NCBI GenBank assembly: GCA_964016885.1
Contig: OZ024742.1
Coordinates: 38,874,001-38,938,000 of the forward strand
Source of the DNA: Eledone cirrhosa
Lineage: Eukaryota
Direction: 5' to 3'
Length of the DNA stretch: 64,000 nt
Below the pieces are notes generated by a model. That model did not search any database. It was not told the origin of the DNA and saw only the letters and a list, made by a program, of their open reading frames with translations. This document shows, piece after piece, positions 12,219-25,300 of the stretch (position 1 is its first letter; each line of letters opens with the position of its first letter). A program made the translations under genes and the position numbers.

Positions 12219-12700
12219 GACACCTGGAATATAGCTTAAGAGAAACATGACAATAATGATAGGCACCCAATATTTGAACTGGTTTATAGAATTCTCTTGG
12301 CCTTTGTCACTCTAAGTAGAACTTTAAAGAATTAGCTTTTAAAGAATTTCCCTTTTCTTTAAATCCATCAACCATGACGGACCCCCCAACCCTCTTATAG
12401 ACACCTGAAATATAGGCATTGTTAGCTTAAGAGAAACTTAAAAATAAGGAGTGGCACCCAATTTGAACTTGTTTATAGAATTCTTTCTGCCTTTGTCACT
12501 CTAAATATAAATTATTGCCTTAAAGTATTAGCTTTTAATGAATTCCCTTTTCTTTCAACCAATGACTTCCACCCATCCCAATCCCCACCCTCTCCTACCA
12601 CCTGAAAAGATATAAATACTACAAGATTTATTTTCGACAGCCAGATTCCTGATAATTTCTAAAGAATGAAACAGTTCTTGTCCTGTAGAATCTCATCTAT
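12219..12700 (+). mobile_element. PLE-type 3' region, family C, with ~180-200-bp tandem units
   Basis: (GA)CACCTG(G/A)AA units at 12219, 12400 and ~12599; ends in an HHR followed by (ATCTAT)n. Confidence 0.55.
12643..12693 (+). ncRNA. Type I hammerhead motif with G8A change (family C)
   Basis: Stem I AGATTC/GAATCT; CTGATAA; T-TTC-TAAA-GAA-T; GAAA; stem III CAG/CTG; GUA triplet. Confidence 0.7.
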
Positions 12701-12899
12701 CTATCTATATCTATATCTATATCTATATCTATATCTATATCTATATCTATATATATATATGTTGGTTCACCACTGGATAGAACTGGTCATTCCGTATGGT
12801 CAATCCTGTTGTCATACACCAGTCCAGCCTCCTGTTATTTCATTTATATATATATATATATATATATAAGATCAAAAGATGGTTAAAGGAGTTCCATGT

Positions 12900-12968
12900 A
12901 TTTTATTATGCGCATTTCAAAAACAAACATCATCATGCAATAATATTTGTGTTTTCATCAGATAAAAC
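12900..12968 (-). ncRNA. Type I hammerhead ribozyme with palindromic stem III
   Basis: Minus strand GTTTTAT-CTGATGA-long AU/GU-rich stem II-GAAA-TGCGCA-TA-ATAAAAT; ATGCGCAT is a palindrome; AUA triplet. Confidence 0.85.
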
Positions 12969-14217
12969 AGGAGGACATGATATGAAGGCTAAAAAACACT
13001 TGTGGATAGTGCAGTTTTAAATCAACATATGAAAAGTAGTTTTAGATTGATGTGTGATATTGGGAAAAATATTTTATTTAGAGAGGGGGTGTGTGTGTGT
13101 GTGGAAAGGATGAAAAAAGGGGAGGAGATGAGAGTGAAGGTGGAGAGGGAGAGATGGGTGATAGAGAGAAAAAGATAGTTTTTATAACTGAGAGAAGATA
13201 TATTGTTTTACATAGAGAGGTTGAAAACCGTTGGAAGATAATGTATAAATTAAAAGAATTTGAAAATTAACGAAGGGAAAAATATGTACGAGGAAAAAAT
13301 ATTTTATTTAGAGAGGAGGGGTGGAAAGGATGAAAAAAGGGGTGGAGATGAGAGTGAAGGTGGAGAGGGAGAGATGGGTGATAGAGAGAAAGAGATAGTT
13401 TTTATAACTGAGAAAAGATATATTGTTTTACATAGAGAGGTTGAAAACCGTTGGAAGATAATGTATAAATTAAAAGAATTTGAAAATTAACGAAGGGAAA
13501 AATATGTACGAGGAAAGAGAGGGAGTTGATATGTTTTGAGATTAAAAAGTTTGAAGATAGAGAGAAAAAATAATAATTGCGGATGAATATTCTAACGTCA
13601 AGAAAAAAAGGTGTATGTTTATAAGTATTATGGCAATTTCAAAATTAACGAAGAGAAAAAAAATTATTAAGGTTTGTGTGTTGAAGGATTTGAGAAAAAT
13701 AATGTGAAGTTAAGGTTTGTATATTGAAGGAATTGATAATATGTGCGAAGAAAGAGTTAATATGTATTAAAAAATTATTAAGGTTTGTGTATTGGAGGAT
13801 TTGAGAAAAATAATGTGAAGTTAAGGTTTGTATATTGAAGGAATTGATAATATGTGCGAAGAAAGAGTTAATATGTATTAAGAATGAGTTAGATGATGGG
13901 GAGAAAAAAATAATAAATTAAGGATGAATATTCTAGCGTCAAAAGAAGGAGAGGGAGTTAATGTATTGAGATTAAAAAGTTTGATGATGGAGAGAAAAAA
14001 TAATAATAATTGCGGATGAATATTCTAACGTCAAAAAAACAAATGTATATGTTATGAAGGATTTTACAAGGTGAAGATAGAATGAGGGTAATGAGTAAAC
14101 AAGTATTATAGAGTGTATAATGCCCTTTGAAGTAAGGTAGGAAGATGGGTATATTTTAAAGAGGTGTATGTATATGTGCCTTTGAGAAAAGATTCTAAAT
14201 TGATAAAGAATTGAATA

Positions 14218-16230
14218 TTAGCTGTATACTTTGTGAAAAGTCCTATGGAATTTATGCAAGCAGATAGAAAACAAATCTGTACGTCTATTTATTATAGAAT
14301 CTAGATTAGAGATAATGGTAAATTTTTCATTTAGGCAGAGATTACAGATTTTAGATAGAGAGCTGTTCAAGTATGAGAATGCAGAAGACACCTTCTTCCA
14401 AAAGATGGTATATTTAATGTTTTTGTCTTTCAAGGACCATATGAGTTCTGAGAGAGCCGTGTTGGTTCTTTTAAGTTTGTATTTAAAAGATGAATGATGA
14501 TTATAGAGACGAGCTTTAAAAGAGGTGGAAGTGGAGCCAAAATAGGTGAAGGAATTGGTGCTAGTTATAACTTTACATTCATAAATTAAGTTTTTATCAA
14601 GACAATGGTTGTTGAGAGGACATTTATTTTTAATGCGGCAGTTGCAATTAGAGAGATTATTAATGAGTGACCTAGTGTTATCTATAGAAGGAATTGGATT
14701 GGAGAAGTTGTTTGCGATAGGAATAATAGGAATAATAGTTTCTTGATTTAGAGTTGGATTATGAACATTTAGCGAAGTTGTGTTTGACGTTGTATTTGGG
14801 TTTACAGAAGTTAGCCTAGGGTTTACAATGACGTCGGGAGTACCATTACTGTTATTATGAAATTCAATGTTGGAAGGAAGAGATTTAGTATTTAGTATTT
14901 TATTGTTGTGTTTAGAGATAATGTTGGAAATATTGGAGGATGTAGAATAAGAAAATTTTATGGTGTGTTTGTTAAATATTTTACTATAGATATGTGAGGG
15001 AGGGAAGCATTTATTTAAGGCACTAAAAAATAATTTAGGAATATTGTTATTAATAGAGATGGAGAAAGGAGCATTATACCAGATTATGTTTTTATATCTA
15101 GGTCTTTTATTAAAGTTATTGGAATGATCATGATTAATTATTCTACTGTAAGTTTTTCTAGAATTTGTTTCTTTACTATATTTGATTTTATCAGGATAAC
15201 CGGCTTTAGAAAGTGCGTTATTATAGTAATTGGCGTTAGCATCAAAGATGTTTTTATTAGAAGATATGTTAGATATTCTTTTTCCAATATTACTAACTAT
15301 AGCATTCTTGATATTGGTAGGATGGTTAGATTTAAAGTTAACATAATTTAGGTTCTCATTGTTTATAGGCCAGTGTCAAGATTAAGAGATACATCCAAGA
15401 AATTAGCTAGTTTGATACTATTATCAAATTCAATTTTTATGTTATGTTGGTTAAAGAGATTACGTATATTGTTCTTAATAATATTAAGGTTAACTATATT
15501 GCAATTTAAGATAGTAAAGAGTCCATCGTCACGATAAATTCCACCGCGAAGTTGAGGAATTTTCCGACTCAAAGAGTTCAAAATAAAGATACCAATTAAA
15601 TCAGTCAATTGGGATGAATCGGATGCTCCCATTGTGATGTCGAAGTTGTTAGAGGTATCGGCTCTGGTCCAATATTCGTTGTTGAACTCTAGGATGGTTT
15701 TACGTGCAGTGAGGATGATGTGAAGTTCATCTGTGGTGATGTCAGAATATTTAAGTGCGAAAGATAGAGCATTATTGAGAAGTGAAGGCGAAATGGAGGA
15801 ATAGTAGCTGGCAATATCAAATTGAATAAATTTTAGTTTGTTTTTATTATCCAATTTGTTGAACCAGCCAATCACTTCAGAAGTACCAAACCATAAATTT
15901 AGGTTCAAAGAAGAGCAATTAGAACTAACCTGTGGGATAATTCTATCCAAGATGGCTTTACTAACAACCCCCAGATCAGATTTAGAGGGGGCGATTAATC
16001 TAACAGGTAGTTCAGTGCGAAAATTGTTTTTGTGATCCTTGAGATTTATCCTCGGAGTTCTTGGGAGGAATGGTTCGGTCTTTTATTCAATGCCAAGTTT
16101 TGACATAATCTCAGAGGCTTCAAGGTTTATGTATTCTAAATTTTCATGGTTGGTTTTACGATACTTTTTCCTAAGTTCCTTTAGGATAAGGTTGTTATAA
16201 TTATCCTTGGAAATACCATATAAGTTACTG
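14218..16230 (-). pseudogene. PLE reverse transcriptase-GIY-YIG polyprotein, disrupted
   Basis: LKDHKNNF..RLIAPSKSDLG, FIQFDIASYYSSI, FDITMGASDS, GIYRDDGL, NFLDVSLNL, SNHP, IIWYNAPFS, CNCR..CPL..C, LIY..YFG, CNLCLNEK..INRRTD..CLH; TAA at 16083-16085 and a frameshifting deletion near 15363. Confidence 0.92.
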
Positions 16231-16312
16231 TATACTCCAGTCCTACAAACTGTAGAGTGCTTTTTATCCGATATCTGCATTGCTTTATTGTACTACAATA
16301 AAACTCACCTCC

Positions 16313-16563
<251 letters not shown>

Positions 16564-17094
16564 GAAATAACAGGAGGCTGGACTGGTGTATTACACACAT
16601 ATATATATACATTTAATAACATCTGGTTGAGAGCTTTTATTCTGAATGTTAGCGGAAATTATAATATTTCCTTTGTCTAACACTTTGAATCTACCCGCCG
16701 AAAACCGGGGGTTGCTTCCCTTGCTGGAAATAACACGTGACAACTAAATGTACGATTCGCTTGCTCATAGCAGCACCATTTAGCGTCCGCTCCGATATTT
16801 TGGCAGAACGAAATCCATGTTGATGAAATGAGTCCTCTGTTCGATCATGGAATACCATGAGCATGCCTGTTACGTAAGTCGGATATTTGATTTCGGATTC
16901 ATAGAAACACTTTAAACGTATAACGTTTGATTTGTCCAGGTGTATCTTTTCAACCTGTTAGTTTTTTCGTTACGTTGGTATTGTGTGTTAGGTTTTGCCT
17001 ACCACAATGTTCAATTTGTCAAGCTATTTAAACGTATGTTATTACTCTAAGGATCTACTCTTATTGAGTGCTTTGCTAACTCATTCATATTGTA

Positions 17095-18805
17095 GGCAAT
17101 TTTGAACCAATCTAAAGAATATGCAAGAGGAACAAGAAAATGTACGCTCTGCATAAATGAAAAATATTGGATCTTGCAAAATCTTAAATCACCAAAGACC
17201 TGCCTGAACACAAAGACAGAAATTTTCACCAGTTGCCCACACATGAAATCACACCTGCTTTCCAGCTCATATAAACTTAATACACTTTCAGATACTTATC
17301 CTCCATAAACTCTTATTATTCTCTTTATGACTACCCTTTCTGATTTACTTTCATTTTTATCCTTATTATTAATTTCATTTTTATTTTTATTTTTATATTT
17401 TTTTATTTTTTTATTTTTATTTTTATTTTAACTTCACATCCACCAATAACTCCTCCCCCCTTTATCTCCGATTCACTTACCTAATACCTTCACTCTCCAC
17501 TTTTTACTTCCCTATTTTCTTCACTAACTGATTACACAAGTCACTTGCGTTTTCCACTCCAGATATTTTTTGTTATTTCGCAGCCAATCTTATAATTTTA
17601 TATTTGTACTTACTTATCCACAAGGCTTTTTACACCCTGTATCTATGTGTCTGAGCACCTTAATGTGTGTATACTTTCTATATATGTACACGAACGCCTC
17701 CGTATGTGCGCGCGCGTGTGTGTATATATATATATGTGTATGTATATGTGTCTTTATATCTGTGTTTTTACATCTATGTTTTTTGTTTTGTTTTTTCTTT
17801 TTTTACATCCTCATTTATATGTGTGTGCATGTAAACAGGTCAATATGCGTGAGTGTATGTATGTGTGTGTGTGTGTACGTACCGAATGTATGGATGTGTA
17901 AGTGTGCGTATGTATATAAGCATGTATATTTTTGTGTGTCTGTGTGTGCGAGTGTGTATACAGTCGCGTGCGTGCGCGTGATTAGATATACATGGGGCGA
18001 GGCGTATATGCATATATATGTGCATCCTGTGTGTGTATGTGTGCTTGCATACGCTTTTGTCTGCACTTTTTTGCGTGTATATATATATATTTCTTATAGA
18101 TATACGTTTCTTGTAGATATATGTGTGTGTGTACGCGTGTACCTTGTTTGTCTTCTTTTCTTTAATTTTTTCTTTCTAAATTATTGTTCCATTTTTATAA
18201 ATATACCGAGAATGATACTTTCTTTTAATTATTACACTCCCTTACCTCTTTTACTTCCGCATGTAAGTGTACGTGCGTGTGGGTGTGTTTATACGCGTGC
18301 CTTCATATTCTTATAATGTATCTAATACCCGGTTTTTCTGTGTACCTGCTAAACAGACAATCACATCATGTCTGTCTGTAGTTGCAGATACACAGATACA
18401 CTTGCCCTAACACATATATTTACGCACACTTTTTCACTATACGTACACATTTGTACATACACACATATGTACATCTGTGAGCGTATATACATACATATAC
18501 ACACACCTAACTATATTTCTTGAAATATTTTTAGATATTTCATATGGCTATTGTAATTCCTTTGTCTATATTTATATAATTTTTTTGCTTTTCTTGATGA
18601 GACTTTCCAAGTATTTAGCCATGTTTTATATTGCCTCGTCTGACGAACGAATGAAGACGTTTCTTTCGTATTCGCCTCATTCGGGAAACCTCTGGTAATG
18701 AGGTAATTATATTGTATTGATTTTTATACATTAAATTTTGCTCTGGTATTTACATAGAGCACTCTTCACTTCTATGACCTTTCTGTTTTCAACGGAAATT
18801 TCAAT

Positions 18806-18812
<7 letters not shown>
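17095..18812 (+). mobile_element. 5'-truncated Naiad-type PLE (GIY-YIG C-terminus 17102-17308 plus long 3' UTR)
   Basis: KCTLCINEKYWIL..LNTKTEIFTSCPH; UTR with degenerate GT/TA repeats; HHR about 100 nt before (TA)n. Continuity of the UTR is inferred. Confidence 0.75.
18630..18707 (+). ncRNA. Type I hammerhead ribozyme motif
   Basis: Stem I ATTGCCTCGT/ATGAGGTAAT; CTGACGA 18640-18646; A.G mismatch then CGAATGA/TCATTCG; GAAA; stem III CC-TCT-GG; GUA triplet. Confidence 0.82.
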
Positions 18813-18855
<43 letters not shown>

Positions 18856-18856
<1 letters not shown>

Positions 18857-19989
18857 TGGTTACATATTACGTGTTAGATTCCCGGACTTCCACACGGGAA
18901 TATACCGCGTCGTCGCGATATGGACTGACCTTATCGAGCCATAAAAGTGGTCACGACCTCGACCGGTTTAAAAAAGACTTAGCTTCTACCTTCAATGAGT
19001 TAGAACTTAGGATAACAGTAGCTACCAACCTCTCTAGCGTAGATTTCGTAGACATTAATTTAGACCTTCGCACACACACCCACAGACCCTTCCATAAGCT
19101 AAACGAAAAACTCAATTACATTCACAAGGACTCATGCCACCCTCTCACTGATTTTAGAAACTTCGTAAATAATATCAGTACTAGAATCTCAAATCTCTCC
19201 TCTAATAAGGCTATATTTGACAGGGCGGCACCCTGCTATAACACGGCGTTAACTAACAGCGGCTTCTCACAACCTATCACTTACTCTCCCACTATCAACA
19301 ACAGCAATAAGAAAAGAAAGCGCAACAATAGACAAACTATCTGGTTCTCTCCTCCCTTCTCACTCAACGTTAAAACCAATGTAGGCAAACAATTTCTAGC
19401 CCTCTTAGATAGACATTTTCCCATAGGTCATAAATGCCGCTCCATCTTTAACCGACACAAAGGAAAACTAGGATGCTCCTGCGCTAAGAACATGAAGGCC
19501 CACATCACTAGCAGCCCTACGAGCAACACCCCACCAGAGTGTTCTGGCCGCAAGCCCGAAGCTTGCCCCCTTTAACAGCAATGCAACACACCAGCTGTAA
19601 TTTACGAAGCTGTGGTCACTTCCAACCGACCAAACAAATCACAGGAGGTCAAATCCTATGTGGGCATGGCAAAGGGCCGATTTAAGGAACGTTTCCTGAA
19701 ACATCAGTCGACCTTTAGGTACCCGGACAGACGTTCATCCACGAAACTCGCGAGCCACGTATGGTCCCTCAAGGACTCAAGTATAGACTACTCCATTCAA
19801 CGGAAAGTCATCATTAAGTCCAAGCCATACGCAAGGGGAAATCCGTCGTGTGGACTGTGTATTGAAGAACGAATAAATATTCTAAAGAGATTATGCAATA
19901 GTGATTGGCTAAATACGAGAAATGAATTTTTCACACGTTGTCCACACGTCTCGAAACACCTATTGCATAACTACAAAGCTCCGGATTGA
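18856..19989 (+). pseudogene. Naiad-type PLE RT C-terminus plus GIY-YIG, disrupted
   Basis: GIYRVV (from YRDD), VDFVDINLDL, SCHP, IWFSPPFS, ACPL*, VIYEA..SYVG..FKER..H, CGLCIEER..LNTRNE..CPH; frameshift near 18920 and in-frame TAA at 19573-19575. Confidence 0.9.
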
Positions 19990-20801
19990 ATGAATTATTG
20001 TAATAACATCAATATTCTTTCCTTATCATATGTATATAGGAAATATATATATATAGGAAAATATTCAAGACTCCGACAGCAGAGCTTAAGCCGTTTCGAC
20101 GGCTATTTCTGTACTAAATTAGATTTTTAGTGTGGTAATAAATAGCTGAACTGTTCATGATTATCGCCCGTCCATATATGGACGGGAGATAATCATGCAT
20201 TTCTGAAGATTGTAGTTGTCAAAAGGATTGGTCAAAATTTCTTGTAAACACAATTAAATCTTTCATGGCGGTGGGTGGGCGGTGGGGTGGCTGAACTTGC
20301 CTGTAGAACAATGAGGGAGTGGTTTAAGCCGGTCAAGTGTTAAAAGTGAATTCTATACAGCAAATTCTAAGGAGTGTGGAGAAAGCAGGCGAAAAAAGAA
20401 TTCTAGAGGAATCTGAGAGTGGGAAGTTATACAATTAAAAAATTAAAAAGTTGATAAATTAAAATAAAAAAATAAAAAAATAATAAATAAACAATAATAT
20501 AAAAAAATTAAATAATAAAAAATAATAAAAATACTAGAGTCTAAAACAGCTGCTATATTTTTAGCTGGTATTGCGTTTTCGGCCAATGCTATATAGAATT
20601 TACGGGGATCGGGTACTGAGGCTACAAAAGCCCGATGGGCTGCATCAGGGTAAGCGAAAGAAGAAAAAGGAAATGGAAGAGAAGAGGGAGTGGGAGGAGG
20701 TGAGAAGAAGAGATAAAGGGAAACAAAGAAAAGAATTACATCTACCCATTTATGCTGGGGTTTCCCATATCTTGTTCGGCAAGTGGTAAAAAGAAAGATG
20801 T

Positions 20802-21011
20802 TACAGCCATTGGAGCTTACTTTCCAGGGCTAACTCCTACACGGGAGGACGTCGTCCGTGTAACTTATGCTTGGAGGAAACAATACAAATGCTGTTTACG
20901 AAGGACCAACTCCTAAACAAAAAAGACGAACTTGTAACCGCATGTAAACACCGATTGCGTAGGACTTACCTTGCTCTCAAACCCCCTCATGACCCACCAA
21001 ACCTAGTTTGA
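20802..21011 (+). pseudogene. Naiad-type PLE GIY-YIG C-terminal fragment (absent from the ORF track)
   Basis: WSLLSRANSYTGGRRPCNLCLEETIQML..LLNKKDELVTACKHR..*. Confidence 0.8.
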
Positions 21012-22318
21012 TATGTTGTGGTGGTAATATTATCGTTTCTCTGTCAAATAAATATTCTTTGATGATAATATTTTCTCCAACCACCATATTTTCTCTCATA
21101 GACCCTTGTCTTCTCACACCAGTTTTTGTTTTAGCTCTACTGGCCCAACGTAAAGAATGGCTACTTGATGTACCTGTTCAGACACAAGAAAAATTTCGTC
21201 TTCTTCAGATCCACATTGATCACTCATTGTTGGTCTCGGAATGATATCGTTTTAAGGATTAGTGCAACTGCCACGTGCTTTTCATCCATACCGACTGAGT
21301 GATAAATTGGTATTTATCTGTATCTGTTGCTATTGTGCAGAACACCTTTTAGACTTCATTTGTACGGATCTACGATTGCCATTCACTCGGTGTGTATCTC
21401 GATATATCCAGGTTCATAGGCAATCTTCATACCTTGTTGCAGAAAAGAAAATCGTTCACTTTTGAGAAGAAAGGAGGCTGTAAATCATTTTCTCTGTTGC
21501 GATATAACTTGATTTTGGTTCACAGTAACAATAAATTAATTTCTCCCAGCCTAGAAGCTAACAATTCAGACGATTTCTTCGAAAGATTTAAGTCCCTTAT
21601 GAGACCATTCACTGAGTTTTGACTAAAACATTTTGCAACTGATAGCGGTCTTTCGAAATTATTGTTATTTGGCCCATTGTCTTCCTGTGGGAGTTCTGTA
21701 AGATGGTTGAATGATGTGACATACATCTCATCTGAGTGCGCAGCATAGCTGAGTCTATGTCAGGACGAATCCGCTGACTCCACTTACATGCATGGATTCT
21801 CTATATATTCACAAAAAGTAACAGTCATGGTTTCTATGTTCTCTCCATACTCTTGATACCAAATTCCAGGCACCTCCTCTTTCTATTGTTCCATTGTCAC
21901 ACCTGCTCCACATATTTTACACAACACCAGGAAACCATTTTGTCGTCAAGTTGTACTCTGAAATAGGAAAAATAAGCTCATTTCAAAACTCCATTCAATG
22001 AAGGTGTACTCTCCTTAAAAACAACAACAAACAAACAAGCAAACAAAAACATCATAATGATTTAAACATTTTCTTCGTAATGAAGCCATATCACCTGTAA
22101 TAGCTACAATTTAATCATACAGATACATATAGATTTACGCATAACACATAATATCGTTCCAGAAAGGTAATAAAGTAGGCAATAATGTATCCAATATCTC
22201 ATGATCTAGAGCTGTTAAAAGAAAACACGTGGTATTTTCTGAATCAGTGGCATAAGAATATCCAGAATGTTGTCTTAAATCTCAGCTACCAAGAAAATAT
22301 TTTCTTTGTTACTCAGTA
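21003..22318 (-). mobile_element. Degenerate Chapaev3 (CMC)-like DNA transposon, 5' part
   Basis: Frameshifted motifs VWREHRNHDCYF, FSQ..NGLIRDLNLSKKSSELLASRLGEINLL, SLKGVLHN, IPIYHSV, VDLK, IILPPQHIKLG; terminus ...TTTGTTACTCAGTA near 22318. Confidence 0.8.
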
Positions 22319-22362
22319 ATATATGTATGGATATAATAAAATATGATAAAATATGATATAAA

Positions 22363-25300
22363 TTATTAAACATCTTGCTAACAACAACCTTATTAACCAT
22401 CTTGACAACAACAACCTTATTAACCATCTTGCTAACAACAACATTATTAACCATCTTGACAACAACAACCTTATTAACCATCTTGACAACAACAACCTTA
22501 TTAACCATCTTGCCTACAACAACCTTATTAACCATCTTGCTAACAACAACCTTATTAACCATCTTGCTAACAACAACCTTATTAACCATCTTGACAACAA
22601 CAACCTTATTAACCATCTTGCTAACAACAACCTTATTAACCATCTTGACAACAACAACCTTATTAACCATCTTGCCTACAACAACCTTATTAACCATCTT
22701 GCTAACAACAACCTTATTAACCATCTTGCTAACAACAACCTTATTAACCATCTTGACAACAACAACCTTATTAACCATCTTGCTAACAACAACCTTATTA
22801 ACCATCTTGCCAACAACAACCTTATTAACCATCTTGCAAACAACAACCTTATTAACCATCTTGACAACAACAACCTTATTAACCATCTTGCTTACAACAA
22901 CCTTATTAACCATCTTGCTAACAACAACCTTATTAACCATCTTGCCAACAACAACCTTATTAACCATCTTGCTAACAACAACATTATTAACCATCTTGAC
23001 AACAACAACATTATTAACCATCTTGACAACAACAACCTTATTAACCATCTTGCTAACAACAACCTTATTAACCATCTTGCCAACAACAACCTTATTAACC
23101 ATCTTGCCAACAACAACCTTATTAACCATCTTGACAACAACAACCTTATTAACCATCTTGCCAACAACAACCTTATTAACCATCTTGCTAACAACAACAT
23201 TATTAACCATCTTGACAACAACAACCTTATTAACCATCTTGCTAACAACAACCTTATTAACCATCTTGCTAACAACAACCTTATTAACCATCTTGCTAAC
23301 AACAACCTTATTAACCATCTTGCCAACAACAACCTTATTAACCATCTTGCCAACAACAACCTTATTAACCATCTTGACAACAACAACCTTATTAACCATC
23401 TTGCCTACAACAACCTTATTAACCATCTTGCTAACAACAACCTTATTAACCATCTTGCTAACAACAACCTTATTAACCATCTTGCCAACAACAGCCTTAT
23501 TAACCATCTTGCTAACAACAACCTTATTAACCATCTTGCCAACAACAACCTTATTAACCATCTTGACAACAACAACCTTATTAACCATCTTGCTAACAAC
23601 AACCTTATTAACCATCTTTCTAACAACAACTTTATTAACCATCTTGCTAACAACAACCTTATTAACCATCTTGCCAACAACAACCTTATTAACCATCTTG
23701 CCAACAACAACCTTATTAACCATCTTGACAACAACAACCTTATTAACCATCTTGCTAACAACAACCTTATTAACCATCTTGCCAACAACAACCTTATTAA
23801 CCATCTTCCCAACAACAACCTTATTAACCATCTTGCTAACAACAACCTTATGAACCATCTTGCCAACAACAACCTTATTAACCATCTTGCTAACAACAAC
23901 CTTATTAACCATCTTTCTAACAACAACTTTATTAACCATCTTGCCAACAACAACCTTATTAACCATCTTGACAACAACAACCTTATTAACCATCTTGCCA
24001 ACAACAACCTTATTAACCATCTTGCTAACAACAACCTTATTAACCATCTTGCTAACAACAACCTTATTAACCATCTTGCCAACAACAACATTATTAACCA
24101 TCTTGCTAACAACAACCTTATTAACCATCTTGCCAACAACAACCTTATTAACCATCTTGCCAACAACAACCTTATTAACAATCTTGCTAACAACAACCTT
24201 ATTAACCATCTTGCTAATAACAACCTTATTAACCATCTTGCCAACAACAACCTTATTAACCATCTTGCTAACAACAAACTTATTAACCATCTTGCAACAA
24301 CAACCTTATTAACCATCTTGCCAACAACAACCTTATTAACCATCTTGCCAACAACTATCTTATTAACCATCTAGCTAACAACAACATTATTAACCATCTT
24401 GCCAACAACAACCTTATTAACCATCTTGCTAACAACAACCTTATTAACCATCTTGCCAACAACAACCTTATTAACCATCTTGCCAACAACAACCTTATTA
24501 ACCATCTTGCTAACAACAACCTTATTAACCATCTTGCCAACAACAACCTTATTAACCATCTTGCTAACAACAACCTTATTAACCATCTTGACAACAACAA
24601 CTTATTAACCATCTTGACAACAACAACCTTATTAACCATCTTGCTAACAACAACCTTATTAACCATCTTGACAACAACAACCTTATTAACCATCTTGCTA
24701 ACAACAACCTTATTAACCATATTGCTAACAACAACCTTATTAACCATCTTGCTAACAACAACCTTATTAACCATCTTGCCAACAACAACCTTATTAACCA
24801 TCTTGGTAACAACAACCTTATTAACCATCTTGCCAACAACAATCTTATTAACCATCTAGCTAACAACAACATTATTAACCATATTGCTAACAACAACATT
24901 ATTAACCATCTTGCTAACAACAACCTTATTAACCATCTTGCCAACAACAACCTTATTAACCATCTTGGTAACAACAACCTTATTAACCATCTTGCCAACA
25001 ACAATCTTATTAACCATCTTGCTAACAACAACCTTATTAACCATATTGCTAACAACAACATTATTAACCATCTTGCTAACAACAACCTTATTAACCATCT
25101 TGCCAACAACAACATTATTAACCATCTTGCTAACAACAACCTTATTAACCATCTTGCCAACAACAGCCTTATTAACCATCTTGCTAACAACAACCTTATT
25201 AACCATCTTGCCAACAACAACCTTATTAACCATCTTGCTAACAACAACCTTATTAACCATCTTGCCAACAACAACCTTATTAACCATCTTGCTAACAACA

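Noticed and set aside
16620-17090. Possible host exon in a moderately GC-rich unique stretch
   Set aside because: Only a short open frame with no recognisable motif or supported splice structure.
21195-21210. CTGAAGAAGACGAAA on the minus strand as a hammerhead
   Set aside because: No stems; it lies in the Chapaev3 coding remnant (VDLK).
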